From: Candidatus Korarchaeum cryptofilum OPF8
GTDB lineage: Archaea; Korarchaeota; Korarchaeia; Korarchaeales; Korarchaeaceae
Direction: 5' to 3'
DNA length: 32,000 bases
Assembly: GCF_000019605.1 (NCBI RefSeq)
Contig: NC_010482.1
Location: forward strand, 390,001 to 422,000
Part shown: one piece after another, positions 27,936 to 32,000 of the stretch
Numbering within the stretch: the stretch's first letter is position 1
How the letters are laid out: every line of letters starts with the position of its first letter
Made by a program: the position numbers and the translations under genes
The notes under the pieces: generated by a model
The model's input: the letters and a program-made list of their open reading frames with translations, nothing else
Told to the model about the DNA's origin: nothing
Databases searched by the model: none

Positions 27936-29832
27936 AGTAGGGCCTCTTAACGCCTATGGATTGATCGAAAGCATATATAGCGCCCTCAGGCATCGAGGTG
28001 TACCTCTCGAATGTCTTGGGAGTGGCTTCATCTTGCACAACTATCTTTTCCCTTATACCGGGGATTATCCTATCTGCTTCACTTATCAGAGTTTCGGCAA
28101 TCTCCTTCTTCATCCTCAGGTACTCATCGGTCCCCCTCTCGGGGAAATCCCTGTAGTTAGCTGGAGCTATTATTGTGACGCTGGCCTTACCGGGTGGAGC
28201 TAAGCTCCTGTCAGCGTTAGAGTTTATGACGATATCGCAACTCCCGTCCAAGTTCTTTATCAGCGTCGGGTAGCTGGATAGATCCATATCGACGCCCAGG
28301 AAGACCATGAAGCAAGATGGGGACATCTTGAGTCCCCTTATGTAATCAACGAACTCCCTACTCAAGTGCTCCTCCCCGACCAACTCGAGGAAGGTGGTCT
28401 TGGCGTTCACGTTCGAAACTATTATCGGAGCTCTGATCAAATTACCGCCTGCAATCACTCCAATAGCTCTACCATCCCTCACCACTATCTTATCGACCCT
28501 CCTATTGACCAGTACTTGGCCCCCATGCTCCCTTATGAATTCAGCTAGGGCCTCAGCGAAAGTACCCGCCCCTCCCTTAGGGAAGAAGCCACCGTGGATG
28601 TAGTAGGAGACGCAGGCTGTTAAAGCGCTACTAGCTGGAGCTTTATCCGGGGATGTCCCAACGTAACCTATGAGGGCGCTTAAGAGTTCCTTCAGCCCCT
28701 CATCCCTGAAGTACTCATCGAGCTTCTCCTTGAAGCTCTTCCCCATCCAATCGTAGAAGTGGGGATGCTCCCTAGGGTAATCGAGGAGCTTCCTCTCCCC
28801 AAAGACTTTCACTATCAACTCAGCCGGTAGGGGGACCCCGTATACATCATCCCTGTAGCACTCCTCATAAGCCCTCTCAGCTTCATAGAAGAACCTCTCT
28901 ATGTTCTCCCTCTCACTCGGGAACATCTCATATAGGGCAGCGATGAACTCCACCAGGCTATCAGCCCTTATGGCCTTCCCCCTGAATATGAACATCCTGG
29001 AGTTCTTCACGAATAAATCATCCTTTTTGAGACCTAATTCTCTGAGAAGATATGTTATAGGTCCTTTCTCCCATAGACCGCTCACATCCTCCACTCCTGA
29101 ATTGAAAACGAAGCCCCTCCTCCTGAAGGAGGAGCAGTAGCCACCCACTTGATAGTGCTGCTCCAACACCAATACTCTGTAGCCCCTCTTGGAGAGGAGG
29201 GCCCCGCATGTGAGGCCTCCTATGCCCGAGCCGATTATTATCACATCGTAATCCCCGCCCCCAGTTCTCACTTCCCAATCGTACTTCTTGAACTCAGACA
29301 CAGCTCTCATGGCTGGGAGCTTCACGGGGAGGATGGATGAGAGGAATATGCCTAAAGCTATCAGGGAGTTGGAGAGTATGAGGGTGAGGGGGAAGCTCAG
29401 GAGCAAGAATATCAGGGAGTTCAATGCGAAGATGAAGGCCCAGGAAGCCGTTATAATGTTATTTATCATTGTGAAGGATTCATCTTTCCAGTAAACCTCG
29501 GGATAATCCCTCATAGAGACTTGCAATGTGTAAGGCCTCCTGAGGGCTATGGATAATGCTGCCATTAGGAAGAGGGTCAAGTAGCCCAGGAAACCGCTCT
29601 CATCCACGAAGATGCTGAGGCCGAACGCGAAGGTGGCGAGGGAAGCTAGGGAGAAGTAGAGGAAGGAAACGAGATCCATTATGTTGAAACTACGCTTAAA
29701 GATCTGAGGTATCAGGAGGATCGAGGATATCGCTAGCGGAATTATGATCCCTAAGTAGCTCCCGATCCCGCAGAGTGTCCAGTAGAGGATCCATGGTATG
29801 AAGGAAATTAAGATGTAGAGAATGCCTCTCAT
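27811..29832 (-). CDS. Fusion of an N-terminal ~175-aa polytopic membrane domain to a phytoene-desaturase-like (CrtI/COG1233) FAD oxidoreductase
   Basis: 5-6 hydrophobic helices, then DYDVIIIGSGIGGLTCGALLSKRGYRVLVLEQHYQVGGYCSSF (Rossmann GxGxxG) and the C-terminal YLVGASTFPGGGVEAAVISG. Confidence 0.85.
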   Translation of the reverse strand: MRGILYILISFIPWILYWTLCGIGSYLGIIIPLAISSILLIPQIFKRSFNIMDLVSFLYFSLASLATFAFGLSIFVDESGFLGYLTLFLMAALSIALRRPYTLQVSMRDYPEVYWKDESFTMINNIITASWAFIFALNSLIFLLLSFPLTLILSNSLIALGIFLSSILPVKLPAMRAVSEFKKYDWEVRTGGGDYDVIIIGSGIGGLTCGALLSKRGYRVLVLEQHYQVGGYCSSFRRRGFVFNSGVEDVSGLWEKGPITYLLRELGLKKDDLFVKNSRMFIFRGKAIRADSLVEFIAALYEMFPSERENIERFFYEAERAYEECYRDDVYGVPLPAELIVKVFGERKLLDYPREHPHFYDWMGKSFKEKLDEYFRDEGLKELLSALIGYVGTSPDKAPASSALTACVSYYIHGGFFPKGGAGTFAEALAEFIREHGGQVLVNRRVDKIVVRDGRAIGVIAGGNLIRAPIIVSNVNAKTTFLELVGEEHLSREFVDYIRGLKMSPSCFMVFLGVDMDLSSYPTLIKNLDGSCDIVINSNADRSLAPPGKASVTIIAPANYRDFPERGTDEYLRMKKEIAETLISEADRIIPGIREKIVVQDEATPKTFERYTSMPEGAIYAFDQSIGVKRPYFKTPIRGLYLVGASTFPGGGVEAAVISGIICANDICGWPRP

Positions 29833-29850
29833 AAGCCTCCCAGGGGCTCA

Positions 29851-29862
29851 GGATATATAAAC
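29851..29862 (-). promoter_or_regulatory. TATA box for the oxidoreductase fusion gene
   Basis: The minus strand reads gtttatatatcc, centred about 25 nt upstream of ATG 29832. Confidence 0.5.
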
Positions 29863-30299
29863 TTCCCCTCGAAAATTCCTCGGATGACCCTTAAACTTTT
29901 CCATCAGCTGCTTATGTTCGGGAAGGCTCTGTGGAAAAGGTTAAATAGGAGCCTTGAGCTATTATATGGATTTTAGAGTATATGCCTCGATGAAAAGAGG
30001 ATTGAAAGTAAGCCTCTCCACCTCTCTCATCAGATCTTCCTCATTTTCAGGCAACTTACCTCACTGCAGGTCATTGGAGGGACCTTATTTATCTTTTTTT
30101 GATACGCTCGAGCGGAGTTCGTTCGGATAAATGTATTAGCCCTATGTCTCAGAATTCATTATTGAGGATATAATTTTACCAGAAAATTGAGGTTTTGCGA
30201 GAACTCTCAGCAGCTCACTGCGGATTTCAAGTTCCCCCCTAAGGAGGAAACTTCTAATGTTTCCCCCTGTAGCACCATAGTACGGATCTGAGGAGGTAC

Positions 30300-30810
30300 A
30301 TGCTGACCTAAAAGGAGAGCATAAGGGATCTGAGAGTCGAGGACAGAGATATAGAAGTTAGGGAAAACAAAAACTTCATATCATCTATGATAGGGCCTAG
30401 AAGAGCCGGAAAGACTTACTTCCTCTACAACTTGATCCGGAGGAGGGGACTCGGAGATGGGGATTTCATCTTCCTGAATTTCGAGGAGCCGGTAGAGATA
30501 GAGGAACTGGATGAAGCTCCTTGAGAACGTCGTGTTCATCTAGCTACTGAAGAGAGGACTTTCTCAGAATGAAAACATATTTTACTTCAGCTTCGGGGGT
30601 TACGAAGTGGAATTCTTGGTCAAGGATGGAGGAATTAAGTTGCAAGTCACTCACGCCTCAGGGAGGGCTGAGATAGATGAATATTGAGGCCGGAAGTATA
30701 TTTAACTCGGATGCTCAGTGGCTTGGGACTATGAGGATGGGCTCCTTCAGGGGAACAAGAGGATAAAGATCCTGCCACTTTGGAAGTGGATCGCAGAATT
30801 TGAAAATTAG
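30300..30810 (+). pseudogene. Decayed COG1373-type AAA ATPase (DUF4143 family) with an internal deletion and frame breaks
   Basis: Frame 30312-30524 reads ...NFISSMIGPRRAGKTYFLYNLIRRRGLGDGDFIFLNFEEPVEIEELDEAP*. Shifted frames then read KLLENVVFI*, ...NIFYFSFGGYEVEFLVKDGGIKLQVTHASGRAEIDEY* and ...WDYEDGLLQGNKRIKILPLWKWIAEFEN* (stop at 30808-30810). The N- and C-terminal family segments are present but the middle ~200 aa are missing. Confidence 0.6.
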
Positions 30811-30998
30811 CTGTTTGAAGCCTCTCCCGAGATTGAGAAGCGATCCCTCAGGGAGAACTCCCTCCTGAATTTCCCATGGGACTCCTCTATCGCATCCAAA
30901 TGCTTAAGGCTGAGCTCTCTCAGCTTCCTGAAGGACCTCCTAATAGCGAGCTCCCTCAAGGATTCCTCTCTCACTAAACCACCTCGCGATTTAATCAT
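30807..30998 (-). CDS. Hypothetical small basic protein (63 aa)
   Basis: Codon composition fits the minus strand (GAG/AGG-rich). A TATA-like aaaattataag lies just upstream (31008-31018), but the spacing to the ATG is short. No family was recognised. Confidence 0.3.
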   Translation of the reverse strand: MIKSRGGLVREESLRELAIRRSFRKLRELSLKHLDAIEESHGKFRREFSLRDRFSISGEASNS

Positions 30999-31117
30999 GA
31001 TCGGCTTATAATTTTAGCTGCATCTTCTCGAGGCCGTGCGTCGCTACTTCAGTTGGATTCCTCGGCATCCGATCCCTAACAGGTTAGCTATTGAACTTAA
31101 CAGCTCCAATAAAAAAT

Positions 31118-31882
31118 TCAGTCTAGAGTGCTCCTATTGAACACCCTAGCCGATAGGAGCGTGAATATCGATGTGAGCAGCAGGAGAGCTGAGAGGCTCA
31201 GATATATGGGGAGCGAGGAGATCCCCGTCATGAAATATCTGGTTAAATCGACTGAGTAAGTCAGCGGGTTTACGTAGAATATGGGCTTCACCACATCAGG
31301 TAAGTTGTTTATCGGGTAGAATGCACCGCTCAGGAATATCAGCGGGAATATCAGGACATTCACTATGAGCTGGAATCCCTCAGGGCTCCTCATCTTCGAG
31401 GCTATAGCTATTCCCAAGCTGTTGAACATCAGCGAAGTTATGAAGCATATCGCGATAGCGAATGGGAGGCCCTCTATCCTGAGGGATGGTACTATGACGT
31501 ACATCAAAGCTATTATCAGTAGAGACTGAAGGGCGGATGTTATAGAATCCCCCAAGGCCCTCCCGATTATAGCGTAAGTCCTGGAAGCTGGTGCAACTAG
31601 CACTTCCTTGAGGAAACCGAACTCCTTGTCAAATATCACCGAGATGCCCCCTATGAAGCTGGAGGAGAAAGCAGTCATTACAGCTATCCCAGGAGCTAAG
31701 AAGGCGAGGTAATCCACCCCTATCGCCGCGGACATCCCCCTCATGGAGGCGCTGAATCCCATCCCTAGGAAGAGGAAGAACATGAGGGGATTTATTATGG
31801 TCCCTAAGACCCTGGATCTAGCCCTGAAATATCTCTTCAACTGTCTGTACAGCATAGCGTAGACTATATTCCTCTCATTCAT
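31118..31882 (-). CDS. ABC-2 type transporter permease
   Basis: About 6 TM helices with the ABC-2 pattern YAMLYRQLKRYFRARSRVLGTIINPLMFFLFLG. ATG 31882 (MNERNIVY) lies 5 nt after the stop of the upstream ATPase. The ORF track extends to 31927. Confidence 0.8.
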   Translation of the reverse strand: MNERNIVYAMLYRQLKRYFRARSRVLGTIINPLMFFLFLGMGFSASMRGMSAAIGVDYLAFLAPGIAVMTAFSSSFIGGISVIFDKEFGFLKEVLVAPASRTYAIIGRALGDSITSALQSLLIIALMYVIVPSLRIEGLPFAIAICFITSLMFNSLGIAIASKMRSPEGFQLIVNVLIFPLIFLSGAFYPINNLPDVVKPIFYVNPLTYSVDLTRYFMTGISSLPIYLSLSALLLLTSIFTLLSARVFNRSTLD

Positions 31883-31887
31883 CTTAA

Positions 31888-32000
31888 TCACCTCACCCTG
31901 TGCCTCATCCTCACGCTCTCCCTCCAATCCGCTTCCTCATCCCTTATCTCCCTCCCGGTGTAATGGAGGAAGACATCGCTCAGAGAAGGCTGGGTATACT
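31888..32000 (-). CDS. ABC transporter ATP-binding protein, C-terminal fragment (runs off the window edge)
   Basis: Hand translation of the minus strand gives ...YTQPSLSDVFLHYTGREIRDEEADWRESVRMRHRVR*. PSL-DVFL--TG is the usual C-terminal motif of ABC-2 partner ATPases. Confidence 0.6.
   Translation of the reverse strand, partial: YTQPSLSDVFLHYTGREIRDEEADWRESVRMRHRVR

Noticed and set aside
29983-30009. CRISPR-repeat-like 3' handle ATTGAAAG (gatgaaaagaggATTGAAAGt). A second aATTGAAAG occurs at 6678-6686.
   Set aside because: These are single isolated copies with no repeat-spacer periodicity and no similarity between the two flanks. The 30-kb copy lies inside a minus-strand coding-like fragment. 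No cas genes are present in the window.

Overview
Archaeal chromosomal segment. The evidence is BRE/TATA-type promoters about 25 nt upstream of mostly leaderless start codons, AGG/ATA/GAG/CTC-rich codon usage, and archaea-typical genes (purP, PaREP1, preflagellin-type A24 peptidase). It looks like a hyperthermophilic TACK-lineage genome (Korarchaeota/Thermoprotei-like), but this cannot be proven from the window alone. About 30 genes are supported. Housekeeping genes: sufC plus a SufB/D-family gene, nnr, a PNPOx-like flavoprotein, mntP, a P-type (H+-type) ATPase, an MBL-fold hydrolase, a B3/4-domain protein, and an MTH1187-family protein. Accessory genes: a 989-aa LamG/DUF2341 surface protein with a poly-Thr stalk, two repeat-rich coiled-coil proteins, PaREP1, a T4-endoV-like glycosylase, a serpin, a TM-domain/CrtI-like oxidoreductase fusion, and an ABC-2 exporter. 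I found no rRNA, tRNA, CRISPR array or transposase. Most notable findings: (1) a same-strand cluster of purP-purP, a dedicated ECF importer (S, fused A-A', T), a type I phosphoribosyltransferase whose ATG overlaps the ecfT stop (ATGA), and a PurR-like HTH-PRT protein. I interpret this as a candidate purine/AICA uptake-and-trapping module. (2) A promoter-to-oligo(T) bounded, highly structured candidate ncRNA or leader at 24.7-25.0 kb, sitting exactly where an M29/NicX-like peptidase gene loses its family-like 3' end and just upstream of the serpin. (3) Several decayed loci: two PIN toxin-antitoxin remnants and a COG1373 ATPase pseudogene with an internal deletion. (4) Near-perfect 63-bp tandem repeats inside a coiled-coil/nuclease-like gene. 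All family calls come from motif recognition by eye. No database search was run.
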